From positions 704,001-768,000 of the forward strand of contig CP000068.1 in NCBI GenBank assembly GCA_000002445.1: a DNA stretch of 64,000 bases. Direction: 5' to 3'. This stretch comes from Trypanosoma brucei (taxonomy: Eukaryota). Under the pieces are notes generated by a model that worked only from the letters and a program-made list of their open reading frames with translations, did not search any database and had not been told where the DNA came from. Made by a program: the position numbers and the translations under genes. Shown piece by piece: positions 52,713-63,933 of this stretch (positions within the stretch are counted from its first letter, which is position 1; each line of letters starts with the position of its first letter).

Positions 52713-53651
52713 ATGTTGACTACGACTGACACTATTGTTAAGGTTGGGAAATGCGCTAGCACTGGGGAGGACATTTCATTATCTTACGATACCTTTGGCA
52801 ATTCAAAAGACCCGTGTTTACTTCTTGTGGTGGGTCTCGCTGGTGTTGGGCGGGTTTGGCGTGATGCTTTCTGTGAGATGATTGCGAAAAAAGGTTTCTA
52901 CGTGGTGCGGTACGACAATCGCGATGTTGGGCTGTCAACTCATTTGGACAATCAACCCACTCCTAACGTCATGCAGTGTTTACTTCCACAGTTTCTCTCA
53001 TTTTTGAGAAAAGTGCCGTATACGCTGGAGGATATGGCAGCTGATGGGATGAATCTTTTGACTGCTCTCGGTATTGAAAGAGCGCATGTGGTGGGTTCCA
53101 GTATGGGTGGCATGATTGCACAAATTATGGCTATCAAGTACCCGAGTCGTGTACGAAGCCTTGGCATCATATACTCTCACACGGGCTCTAGTAAACGAGT
53201 TCCGGAAACATTTTCCACAAAGTTGCTGTTTATGAAAAAACCAAAAAGCTCGGCGCTGGAGGATGTGGTTGATTTCAAGTGTGCACTCGCCCGCCACTTC
53301 CGTGGCCCCGGGTATAACGTAGATGAGGAGGAATTCAGGAAGTTAGCAAAAGAACAGCTTGAACGCGCAAATGATTACCCACAGGGAATGTTGCGACAAT
53401 TGGCTGCTATTTTGTCAGCTAAGAGCCGTGAGGAGTGTTTGAAAACCATCACCATCCCCACATTGATCATTCATGGTATGCTAGACGAAGTTGTGCCGTA
53501 CCAAAATGGACTTCAGATTGCTGAAGCTGTCGGCCCGGCAGCAAAACTTGTGATTTACCCGCGTATGGGACACGAGATACCGGTTGAACTGATGCCTTCA
53601 ATTTCGCAAGAAATTGCCGATAACTGTGGACGGGAACTGACTCTGGCTTAA
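52713..53651 (+). CDS. alpha/beta-hydrolase fold protein (paralogue B; canonical GxSxG)
   Basis: The ORF-track start at 52698 is TTG and the ATG is at 52713. The protein has HVVGSSMGGMIAQIMAIKYP (GxSxG), YVVRYDNRDVGLST, the acid motif LIIHGMLDEVVPY and the His motif RMGHEIPV. It is clearly paralogous to 50907..52112. Confidence 0.75.
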   Translation: MLTTTDTIVKVGKCASTGEDISLSYDTFGNSKDPCLLLVVGLAGVGRVWRDAFCEMIAKKGFYVVRYDNRDVGLSTHLDNQPTPNVMQCLLPQFLSFLRKVPYTLEDMAADGMNLLTALGIERAHVVGSSMGGMIAQIMAIKYPSRVRSLGIIYSHTGSSKRVPETFSTKLLFMKKPKSSALEDVVDFKCALARHFRGPGYNVDEEEFRKLAKEQLERANDYPQGMLRQLAAILSAKSREECLKTITIPTLIIHGMLDEVVPYQNGLQIAEAVGPAAKLVIYPRMGHEIPVELMPSISQEIADNCGRELTLA

Positions 53652-54191
53652 CGCACGGAATATGCAACTGGAGAAGTAGCTATTATTGACGGCATTGCAT
53701 TGTTTTCTTTTTGTTTTTATTATTAACTCAATGTCTTTCCAGGTGCTAACTACGGATTTCATTGGGTTCTGCTGTCCGTTTTCCAAAATTAGGGACTGGT
53801 TGTCAAAGCAAAAAAAAAGGAAAAGAGAAGCGATACCAGGAAGAGCAAAACGATTAACAAACAGGTAAACATGAAAGTGCTAACATGGGGATGGGAAATG
53901 AGAGGTAATTCGTCTCTTTTTTTTTCCTGTTTAAAGGCTTTCAATTTGTCTTTTTTTTTGTGTGTGTGTTTTGATTTTTGGTGCTGACTGTGCGAAACTC
54001 GCACCTATCTGCTTCTCTTTTTCTCAAAAGTCTGTAGATAGATAAACTGGTTTTGAAAATAGAAAAAGGAAAAGAAGAAGGGGAAGAGGAAATTGTAAAG
54101 CAAACAAACAAAGAAACAAAGAAAGGAAGTAGGAGGGAGGGAGGGAGAGAAGAAGAAAAAGTGAGTGAGTGTGACGTGTGTTTAATTTGTT

Positions 54192-55220
54192 ATGCGATCA
54201 CCGAACGGATCTGTAGGGGGCCGCCCCTTCGGTTACTCGCATAATGGACCGGAGCGGGGGGAAGAGGGTGAAGAAATGGAAAATGTCAGTGAGAGAATTG
54301 ACGCCGAGTCGGATTATGGAGATAGTCCCAACAACAGGCGGTTTGGTCCACCACCACCTCCACCACCACCTCCACCTCCATTTGAAAGCAGGGAAGGAAG
54401 TCCGGAATCGACCAACTCGAATGGACGTCAACAGTTGCAAGTTGTGTCTGTTGGTGTATTAAATGTGCAACACGACGTGTCGGGTATGCCGCTGGCGGGG
54501 CGTGATGGGACGCCAAGGTCAGTTCCACAAAGTGAATTAACAAAAAGAAAGATGCAAGGGGAAGCGCAACTGCGGTATGAGTACTACAATCGTCCCAGGC
54601 TTACCGTAACTTCACGGCCTCGTATTGTTGCGGCTCCCATGTTAGACCGTTCCGATTGGAATCAACCACTTTTTACACTGTGCTTTTGCTTATATGGTAA
54701 TGAGAGGCCGGAAGCGCCATTGGATGATGAGTTCAATTCACCAGAAAGTTCCGTAACCCCGCGAAGGAAACATTACCCACATTCTCCGTCCAACTCCGGG
54801 AACTCGTCTATTTTGGGGCATTTCTGCTGGCGTATGTTTTGCTTGCGGTGTAGTGTAGCCGACCAGATGCGTCTCCTTGCAATTGAGGAGGACGAACGCG
54901 GTTATGAACCGCTTAACTTTTGCTGTGAAGGGTTTTTTGGAAGCAGAATGTCGCTACCTCGTGCATTCTGGACAATGTGCATATGTGATATCCTCACTGG
55001 AGGTTCGCCTTGTGGTTGCTTTTATCACGGTTTGGGGACCGCACTTTACGGTTGTCGATTACGTTATCTCGTCCGTTGCCGTTACCGTCTTCAGGGAATT
55101 GTTTTGTCTGACTTCATTCATATGTTATGCTGCCCTTTGCTTAGTGTGGATCAGCAGGGGGCGGAAATGTTAGCTAATGGACTTGTAGAGCCCCGTGAAT
55201 TTGGCAAGTTCATGTTATGA
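54192..55220 (+). CDS. proline-tract / PLAC8-like cysteine-rich protein
   Basis: An N-terminal PPPPPPPPPPPF tract. The C-terminal Cys-rich region (CWRMFCLRCSVADQ ... LYGCRLRYLVRCRYRLQGIVLSDFIHMLCCPLLSVDQ) matches the PLAC8/DUF614 pattern (CC..C ... LR..R.RY.I.G...D...CC..C..Q). Confidence 0.45.
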   Translation: MRSPNGSVGGRPFGYSHNGPERGEEGEEMENVSERIDAESDYGDSPNNRRFGPPPPPPPPPPPFESREGSPESTNSNGRQQLQVVSVGVLNVQHDVSGMPLAGRDGTPRSVPQSELTKRKMQGEAQLRYEYYNRPRLTVTSRPRIVAAPMLDRSDWNQPLFTLCFCLYGNERPEAPLDDEFNSPESSVTPRRKHYPHSPSNSGNSSILGHFCWRMFCLRCSVADQMRLLAIEEDERGYEPLNFCCEGFFGSRMSLPRAFWTMCICDILTGGSPCGCFYHGLGTALYGCRLRYLVRCRYRLQGIVLSDFIHMLCCPLLSVDQQGAEMLANGLVEPREFGKFML

Positions 55221-57762
55221 TATGTGAGAAGAGGAGAAAATAAATGAAGGGAAGAAGGAAGAAGGAAAAAAAAAAGCAGGAATGACTATCGTGTTGCGTA
55301 TGTGATTTACAATATGATTGGCGTCTGTATAAACATTCCGTTTTGGTTTTTTTGAATTTGCTGTGTGCATATAAATATAAATATATACATAGAAAAAAAT
55401 ATATATATATTATGATCTAATTTGTCGTCTCTTTTTTTTTTTTGGTTACTTTCTCTCCCTTCCCCGCTCTGATTTCGTCTTCCGTTTTTTTTTCTTCTTT
55501 TGATGCCCTCTTCCGCAGCTATGTTTAGTTTCACGAAGAAGGTTTTTCTAATTTTTTTAAAAAAAAAGTCTCCACAATTTCACCTTCCCCTTTCCACCCT
55601 TTTTTTCCTTTATTTACAAAATGAATTACGCTCGTATTTTTAAATAAACAACGACTTATACGTTAGGTTATTGTTTCGCTCAGAGGGAATGTGTAAGAAT
55701 TGAAATAGATGAAACAATACAACAGGAAAAGGTTTTTTTTTAAAAAAAAGGTCGAAGGGAAGCTCATGAGGTGAATAAATTGAGGTGATCTACTTGCTGT
55801 TGTGTTTATCATGTGGAACGGAGGGGAAAAGAAAAAATCATATATGCTCGGAGGAGCCAAATTTACTAAACTTTACTAATTGTTCCCCTTCTCTCTTTTT
55901 TCCCCCTTGTGTGTGTGTGTGTCTCTGTGTGTTTTTTTTTTACACCAAATCCTTTCTGCTCTTCTTTTCTTTTTTCTTTTTTCTTTTTGTTTTGTTTTGA
56001 ATGCGTGTGCGTGTGTCATCTTCGTTTTGGTTTCTATTTTTGTTTCCACGTTTCCTTTTTTTTTTTCTTCCACTTCCCCCTCTCATTTAGTTGTTATACG
56101 GCAGCTGTTTTCAAATGTCAGTAATTGCACTCATTCACGGGGGAAACGTGGTATAAAATATGTAAAGGTGGATGTTCTGCTGTGATAAATTGTTTTTGCA
56201 GTTTGCAGCGCAAACAAGCAAACAAACAAAACACAAACTTCTTTCTTTCTCTTTCTTTTTCTCTTTCTCTTTCTCTTTTTTTTTTTTTCATCCCTCTTGT
56301 TTCCCTTTTAAAATGTTCCAGCCATTTTTTTTTGCTTTCTTTTTTTTTGGGGGGGTTTTGCTGGGGTTGTTGTCACCACGCAGAGAGCGTGCAGGGGAAA
56401 AACCCGTTGTCCTTTTTTTTTTTTCGTTTGCTTATTGTTTTTTTGTTGTTTATATTATTCTATTTGCATATAGAAGTTATTTTTGGGTACGCGCGTGAAA
56501 TACAACATTTGTTATCATCTTTATTACCGCTACAGACGCTAACGTTATATCGTTGGAGTTAGGGAAGGGATTGGTGGTTGCGGATACGGAAGTAGCATCT
56601 GTTTTCTTTTTCTTTTTTTTATTTATAACAATTGTTATGTGTGTGTGTGTTTTTTTTTTTAAAAAAATAATTTCAATACCTCTCAACTCCCTTTTTTTCC
56701 CTACTCCCCGTCACATACATATATACATACATATGCGCGCACAACGAAATGAGTGCAATTATATAAATAAAAATATCCATCTGTAAGTTCTTTGAAATAT
56801 GATTATATATGAATGAATATGTATGTTTCTTTGTTTGTGCACTGTTCATTTTATATTTTATGTTACCATCGCTATTATTATTGCTATCGTTAATATTCTT
56901 TTTATTTCCTTTTCCCGTTTCCTTTTCTTCTTCTCTTTTTCTCAGCACTTTTTTCTTTTTAGTTGTTGTCGTTGTTGTCGTTTTTCTTCTTTTATTTGTC
57001 TTCTTGGACATTATCTTACATTTCTGAAGGAAATTCCCGTTTGTTGTAGTCGGAGGTCAACACGAAGCGGAGGCGAAAAGTTCAACGCCTCCCTCCCGCC
57101 TTTTAAAAGCAGGCGGTGGGGAACGACACGTGGAAAAAGAAAAAAAAAACAAAGTAAAAAAAGTAAAAAAAGTAAAAATAAAAATAAAGTAAAAGTAAGC
57201 TGAGGGAGAAGCGGTTTACCATAGCATTTAACATATAATAGGTGGAGAGGGAGAGTAATAAAGGTCAAAAGTAAAAACAAAAAAAAAAGAAAAAAAATAT
57301 AAAAACAATAAGATACATATATTTAAAGAGGGAACAGAAGTTGGAGTAAAGCCCTAAAAAACAAAAAAAATAGTGTGGGAAGACAAAAGAGAGGGACAGT
57401 CTTCATCGCACAAGCGGGGTATAAAGTTGTTGTTTTGTTTTTTTTTTTTAGAAAAAAAGGAAATACAAATATATAAGTTAACTCAGTGACTTCCGGCATT
57501 AGAGTAACAAAGATAACAACACTAACACATTCGAAGTGAAGGCACGCGAAGTCTCAAAAACTGTTCGTAACATCAACGGAACTAGCTAACACACAAACGC
57601 ACACAAAAGACAAACATTGTCCAAAGAACACGTTTCTTCATAGAGAACTGTATCAGGTCACGAATCTAAAGAAGAAAAAAACAACGCAAAATATAACTGA
57701 GAAGGTGAAGATTTGGGTGCACGAGCACTTGTTTGAAGTGCACCATCCGAATTGCCTTCCAA

Positions 57763-60723
57763 ATGCATCACGGTCGCAAAGTTCTTGAAGCCCAGAAGAA
57801 ACGCGATACCGCACCTCAACAGGAATACTTTCCGCTTTCTAAGGAGAAAGTGAGACATGATCGGGTCCATCGAGCTGAAGAGGGGAAGCGAGATAGAGAA
57901 AATATCGGTGACATGAACCTCGACGATAGAAGGGAAGATAATAGAGGAAATTGTGTTTCTGGAAGAGATGCTTCTCCGGGATCTTCTTCTCGAAGTAAGG
58001 GCGTTTGCAGTGAATATCAATACGGTGAGCACAAACGGCAGCGATTGTCACCGGAAGGTCATGATTTCAAAGTTTCAGCCACACAGAGCTCACACGGTTC
58101 CACGGATGCCTATTTATCATCGGATCGATCCATAGGGAATCTGCGAAATAAGTCAAGAGCCACAGATGCTTCGATGCGCAACATGGTAGTGGGTACTTCA
58201 CCACTATCAACTGGAAAATATAATATCTCCATGAGGAATAGGGCAACGCGTTCTGCCTTGGCTGATCATGATGGGGAGTTTACTCCAAAGGTTAATGCCC
58301 CTCCAGCCATCGGTTCCAGCGGACAACTGCCGTCGCAAGCGACCGACTTCCATTTACCACTTAAACTATACGATACTATGAAGCCGTCTCCACGTGTTGG
58401 GGTGGGGGAGAAATATCCAATAAAGCCATCCTTTCAGGCTTCGCATGGTTCGCGAGATGCGTATTCGCACGGTCCACAGCTGGGGATGTCAGATATGGCA
58501 CCAGCTGCCCTTAAGCGGTCAAGTGCTCCATCATACGGTGAGGTTTTTTCAGGGGCGCATGTGGCGAGTTTAAGCAGGGGTAGAAAAATGGAAGGAAGAA
58601 ATACGCCGAGGTCAGTCCGATTAGGGGAATGGAGGACTTCCCATTCACGCAGTGGAGACGGTGCTGTTTCCGAACACGCGGAGCGGCGTCATCGTCAGGC
58701 AAATCATCCGTTACAAGACCATCTTTTTGCACCCCGACGCCGTGCTTTGGAAATACCGCCATCCGACCCTTTTTCATTCAGGGGAATTAGTTCTACTGAG
58801 AGCGGCTCGCATTCAAGTAGTCGCACTGGCAACTTCACTCAGCACTCTGAGCAACACGACGGCCGGGTATCCAGCAGCTATACGCAGAGCCCAGAAACAG
58901 GTTTTGAGATGTGGCGTGGTGACAAAACGCCTTACAATGCTTCTCAAAGTGGTTCGCCTGGTTGTGATGCTGGATACGCTCCAGGAAGCACCAATGCCAG
59001 TAGCGCGGTTGAGTCGCACCCTTCGTACCTGGGTTCCCTATCATGGGCCGCGCCGCACGTTTACCAACACCAACAGGAGGTGCCCTGCATTCCACGACCC
59101 CACGTCGAGTACAGTGGCTTTATTAACCCCGAAAATGACTGTTATGCGTGCAGCGTACTGACGCTTTTGTTGCGCAGCCCCTTATTTTGTAGAGCGCTGC
59201 TAGCTTCACCCACTGTAGAGTGTGTGAGGCCCGTAAAATCCGTTAACAATACTGCGGCAACCAGTAGCAGCAGTCTCACAACATCTTACGATCCGACACC
59301 TGCAGGCGTTGACCATGATACAGTTCGTGAGGATCCACCTCCTGTAAGTTTGCATCATGTGTTGAAATACTTTGCTGGTTTGCTTCAGTGTCCACAGGAC
59401 ATAGAAGGGGGAATAGACATGAGACCATTGCGACATTTTTTTAGAGGGAACTTCTTTTCTGGACAGCAAGAAGATGCACACGAATTCTTCCTCGCCGTCA
59501 TTGACAAACTAACTGAGGAGTCTAAAATGTTTCTTAAATCCACGGATGCATCAGGGGGATTTGATAACCCTGCAGTGGAAGAAGGCGAAGCTTCAAAAGA
59601 AATAAGTACTGATGGTCAGGGTACCGCAGCTGAAGGGACACCGCGGTCGTCGGGTAACGAATCAATGCCCCTTTGGATAAATACTTTGATTACGGGACAG
59701 CTTCTGAGCATCATTCGCTGTGGAAATGCGGCGTGTGGGCACGAGATAGCGACGGTCGACCCTTTCATTAACCTCTTAGTTAATATACGTAAAGGAGAGG
59801 AGACAAATGAAACACTTCGGCAAAGTAACCCCAACAGTTCACCTTGTCAAGAAAGCGAGCACTGTGCACCCAATTCCGAACCCGTTGGGTCGCATGGCAG
59901 TCTGCTGTACGCAAGCCCCATTTCTCCCAAACCGTATTACGATGTGCTGTCTCTGCTCACGTACAGCTTCCGTTTTTCAGCTCTCGATTCCTATGTTTGT
60001 GACGCATGTGGATCTTCCAATCAGCAGTTGCAGGGTGGCTGTCTACTGGGGGCTCTGCCACCACTTTTAGTCGTACAAATGAAGCGGTTTGCCACAACGT
60101 ACTCTCCAGAACTGGGTGCTTCTGTGACGAAGGATGTGTCCCCCGTCCTTGTTAATCGAAATATTGTGTTGTACTCTTTGGATGAAGAACATTATAATCG
60201 TGAAGAGAAGACATTGAGGTCGAGTGTGTTGCATGCGGAACAAAAGGCTAAACAACACAGTGAAGGGGAAGCTGTTGATGAATCAGCAACCCATGTGAAG
60301 GCCACTCGATGTTCCTACCGGTTGCAAGGTGTGGTGCGTCATTTGGGGAAATCTCTTTATGGTGGCCACTACACAACGGAGTTCGCGCAGGAACGAGTGG
60401 ATAGAAAAGAAGAAGAGGAAGAAGAAGAAGAGGAGGAGGGGGATGGAAGTACGGATGGAACTAAAGATGGCTGTGGGCACCAAGTCGATGGGGAGCGTAC
60501 CGGAGAAGGCAGCGTTGAACGGGAGAAACATATAAGTTCGGATCAATGCGCAAAAAGGTCTTGGTATATGGCGGATGACGAAAGAGTTTCGGCACTTTCT
60601 GAAGAATATTCAATGAAAGAAGCTTCCCGTTCCTGTACATGCTACTTGCTGTTATACGAGAAGGTGGGGGAGGAAGCCGTTTCATCTCATGTATGGGATA
60701 TACTCCCACGGGGAAGCGAGTGA
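57763..60723 (+). CDS. ubiquitin carboxyl-terminal hydrolase (USP/UBP family, peptidase C19)
   Basis: The ORF-track start at 57733 is TTG and the ATG is at 57763. The Cys box is GFINPENDCYACSVLTLLL, the His box is GGHYTTEF plus WYMADDERV, and there is a QQEDAHEF motif. The N-terminal 430 aa or so is disordered and Ser-rich, and the catalytic domain carries an acidic (E)n insert. Confidence 0.8.
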   Translation: MHHGRKVLEAQKKRDTAPQQEYFPLSKEKVRHDRVHRAEEGKRDRENIGDMNLDDRREDNRGNCVSGRDASPGSSSRSKGVCSEYQYGEHKRQRLSPEGHDFKVSATQSSHGSTDAYLSSDRSIGNLRNKSRATDASMRNMVVGTSPLSTGKYNISMRNRATRSALADHDGEFTPKVNAPPAIGSSGQLPSQATDFHLPLKLYDTMKPSPRVGVGEKYPIKPSFQASHGSRDAYSHGPQLGMSDMAPAALKRSSAPSYGEVFSGAHVASLSRGRKMEGRNTPRSVRLGEWRTSHSRSGDGAVSEHAERRHRQANHPLQDHLFAPRRRALEIPPSDPFSFRGISSTESGSHSSSRTGNFTQHSEQHDGRVSSSYTQSPETGFEMWRGDKTPYNASQSGSPGCDAGYAPGSTNASSAVESHPSYLGSLSWAAPHVYQHQQEVPCIPRPHVEYSGFINPENDCYACSVLTLLLRSPLFCRALLASPTVECVRPVKSVNNTAATSSSSLTTSYDPTPAGVDHDTVREDPPPVSLHHVLKYFAGLLQCPQDIEGGIDMRPLRHFFRGNFFSGQQEDAHEFFLAVIDKLTEESKMFLKSTDASGGFDNPAVEEGEASKEISTDGQGTAAEGTPRSSGNESMPLWINTLITGQLLSIIRCGNAACGHEIATVDPFINLLVNIRKGEETNETLRQSNPNSSPCQESEHCAPNSEPVGSHGSLLYASPISPKPYYDVLSLLTYSFRFSALDSYVCDACGSSNQQLQGGCLLGALPPLLVVQMKRFATTYSPELGASVTKDVSPVLVNRNIVLYSLDEEHYNREEKTLRSSVLHAEQKAKQHSEGEAVDESATHVKATRCSYRLQGVVRHLGKSLYGGHYTTEFAQERVDRKEEEEEEEEEEGDGSTDGTKDGCGHQVDGERTGEGSVEREKHISSDQCAKRSWYMADDERVSALSEEYSMKEASRSCTCYLLLYEKVGEEAVSSHVWDILPRGSE

Positions 60724-63485
60724 AGGCTTTCCTCTTCTTTCCCTTTACTCCACTGGTGCATGTATTAATCAAACGTTTAGTAGTGCAATTATGTATGCGT
60801 TTCATATATATATATATATATATATGTACGCATATGCATTTCGCCAAATTTTCACACGCAAATGCATATCTGTTTCACTGCTATGCACAGACGTACATAC
60901 GCACATGCATGCGTATACCACTTTTCGATTACCCTTCCCAACCAACAAGATGTTTGTGAACAAATAAAGTGTGAAGTACATGTAAGTGTATTTCCCTCCT
61001 TTTCAAATTGTGCCACGATATGATGTTGTGTTATAACAAGTGGACGGAAGCTGTTGCGAAGTAAAAAAGGAAAATAAAAACGCATAGAGAAACGGGCGGA
61101 TATGTCCATATTACTGTTTTGGTTTCTTGTTTCTATTTTTCAGTTTCCTCGCGTTGCCTGTTTGTCACTTATTGATGCGGATTACACACACGTGCGTGAG
61201 TTTTGTAACGGACGAAAGGAGCATCAAAGTCGTCACGTGCCTATTCTTTTTTTTGTTTTTTTGTTTTTTTGTTTTGTCTTGTTTCTTTTCCTCTTTTGTT
61301 TTTTCTTTCGTCCTCGTCACCCAATGCATTCAGTTCAAAAACAAAAACAATATGTCATAGAAGGGATGCTAGAAACCTTTGCTGAACCATATTTGTTGAG
61401 ATGTCTGCAGTTTTTATTCCCCCACTGGATGGAAGTGATTGAAAGGGGGGAGCGAAAAAAAAAAATAATATATATATATATATATCACCTTCACCTTCCC
61501 GCACGATGTTGCTGATTTACAGTATGCATACAATCACTCGTATATATGTTTGAATAAATATATGTCTCGGTACGTATTCATTTGTGTGTGTGTGTGTGTT
61601 TTTTTTTTTTTTAAATTAAAAATTTGCTTACCCCCGTAGTGGTGTACTTTTTGTTGTTGTCGTTCTCCCTTTTTTTCTTTTTTTTATTTTTACTTTTTTC
61701 TCTTGCTTCTCGAATGCTCATTTTCTTTTCCTTTGTGCACGTGAGTTTTAACGAAGAAGGAATTGTACGGCACTTTACAATTACGAAAAAAAAAGAAGGT
61801 GTACGAAAGATGAGGGAAAGAAAACACACATACACACACAGACAAAATATTCTTTGTTTTTTTTTTAAAAAAAAGAACGGAAACTTAAAGGATGGGGTAT
61901 TGTGTTGTGTTGTGTTGGGTCGGGTCGGGGAGGTATAGGATAAAAACAACAATAACACAAATAGCGACAGTCGGTGCTTATATTAATGATGACATTAGTA
62001 ACAATTGTGGTAATAAAGGTAACAGCACCATGGTAATAAGAATAAATTTAAAAAAAATTGTATTGATTTCGAAAAGCAATGTTGTGAATCTGAGGGAAGT
62101 AAAGAAATAAACAGAAGGGATAAATGTGCTGCGTTAAAAAATTTTTCGTTTGTACATATTCAACACAACATTAGCGAGTATCGCAGCTGTTTTTCTTTCT
62201 TTTTTTCCCCCTCTTCCGTTTTTGTTATTTTCCATGATTTTATTGCTTTCCTCGCGACTCAATAACAATTTAGTCTTTGTGTTTGCGAAAGAGAAAGATG
62301 TGTAATGATACTTTTTTTTTTTTTTGGTTCTTTCTTAAAAGTAAATGGGTGAAGGTTTAGCGTGGTTGTGGAAGTGAGGCGAAGGAAAAAGGAATCCTCG
62401 CGGTACAGGTTATTATTGTTACTCTCTTTTACTTATTATGCTTATATATATATTCGGTTTTGTGAATGTGTGTATACGTTGGTCATGTTATTGTTATTAT
62501 TGTGATGGTGTGATGAAAAGAATTTATGAAGAAATGAAGGAAAATTTCTCAAAGTAATAGTAACAGAAATATAACAGCAAAAACAAAAAAAAACAACAAC
62601 AACAGTAACAATAGCTCCAAGAGAAAGGAGACAGATGAAAGGACGTTTCTGACATTTTTTACTGAGGTGATTATTACGTGGCGAACGAAAATACCGTTTG
62701 GGTTCTTTTCTTTTTTCATTTTTTTTATTTTACACTTTTTGTGTGATTTGTTCAATCATGGACGGTGCGCGTAAAGGGGTGAGGAACAAAAACCAAAAAA
62801 AAAAAGAAAAGAAATAAGAAACTTCGTAAAGTATATTATTTGTATTTATAACTTTCTTTTTTTTCTCTTCTTACAAAGCTCCCTTTTTTGAGAGATAAGC
62901 ATAGATGCTTAAACAAGTGCACACAAGTAATATCTTTCCCGTTTGCTAATGGGCATGCCAATATTTTATAATTTTTCAGCTTTCTGTATTACATTTTGTT
63001 CTGCCGTCGTTATCTTTTTAAAAATTTTTTTTGCTTTACATAATCTTTTTTTTTTTAAGTGTTATACATTTGCTTCTCCCCTTTCTCTTATTCTTCTTCC
63101 TCTACTTTTTCCTTACATTTATTATTTAAATTTATTTCACTCTCTCTGTGAACATATATATATATATATATATATAATTAACAAAAGGAAGGGGCATAAA
63201 GTTCTTAGGAATCCGCCGTCTGCTCTCGTGTTTGAGCGGCGTGCAGGGGGGAAATAGTTACGATTGCTTCAAAGGAGGAGGGCAGGTGGAAAAAATAGGT
63301 GTGTGACAATTGGTGGCGCTGGAAGAGAGGAAACACCTCATTTCCGATACATATACAAATATATATATATATATATTTGTATAAGTAAGCGGCCATCCGA
63401 GTCACCAAGTTATTCAACAAGGAAATAAAAGTAAAGGAAAATCGCCAAAAGAAAAGAAGGAAAGAGGTAATACGACACAAAAGCA

Positions 63486-63487
<2 letters not shown>

Positions 63488-63523
<36 letters not shown>

Positions 63524-63544
63524 ACACACACACACACACACACA
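63488..63544. repeat. (CA)n microsatellite, about 28 units with one CAGA interruption
   Basis: The run cacacacacacacacacacacacacacagacacacacacacacacacacacacaca is seen directly. Confidence 0.9.
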
Positions 63545-63933
63545 AAGGAAACAAGTTAAAGGAAGAGTGAGTAAACACGTGGGTAGAGGGAACGTGAAAG
63601 GAAGTGAAAGAGGCGCTAACTGTATCACAGGAAAGGGAACAAAAAGAAGAAAAAGAAAAGAGAAAGAAGGAAAAGGTAGATAGTTGGAGCGAACGGAAGT
63701 ACATTTTTTTGTTTTTCTTCACTTTCTCTCAGTCTTTGTTTTTTTTTCTAGAGACCCTGCTTAGTTGTTTGTTAGTGCGTGCAGTTGTGTGATTTGAGGA
63801 AGAATAGTATATATTACTGTGCGGAAGGCAACTGTTTCAAGGCAGTTGCGACCGCACTGTTAAAGTCAACAAAAGGAATTTGTGACGAATTTAAACAGAG
63901 GTGAAGGATAGAAACAAAAGAAAAACAATTGCA

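Noticed and set aside
56125-57203. ORFs of 100-145 aa in the AT-rich gap (56125-56562, 56172-56498, 56823-57203, also 25597-25992 and 25629-25958 on the minus strand)
   Set aside because: They are translations of poly-T, poly-purine and microsatellite sequence (F/L/S/K homopolymeric peptides) and are not coding.
63488-63544. A regular short repeat that could superficially suggest a CRISPR-like array
   Set aside because: It is a simple (CA)n dinucleotide microsatellite with no spacers, and the genome is eukaryotic.
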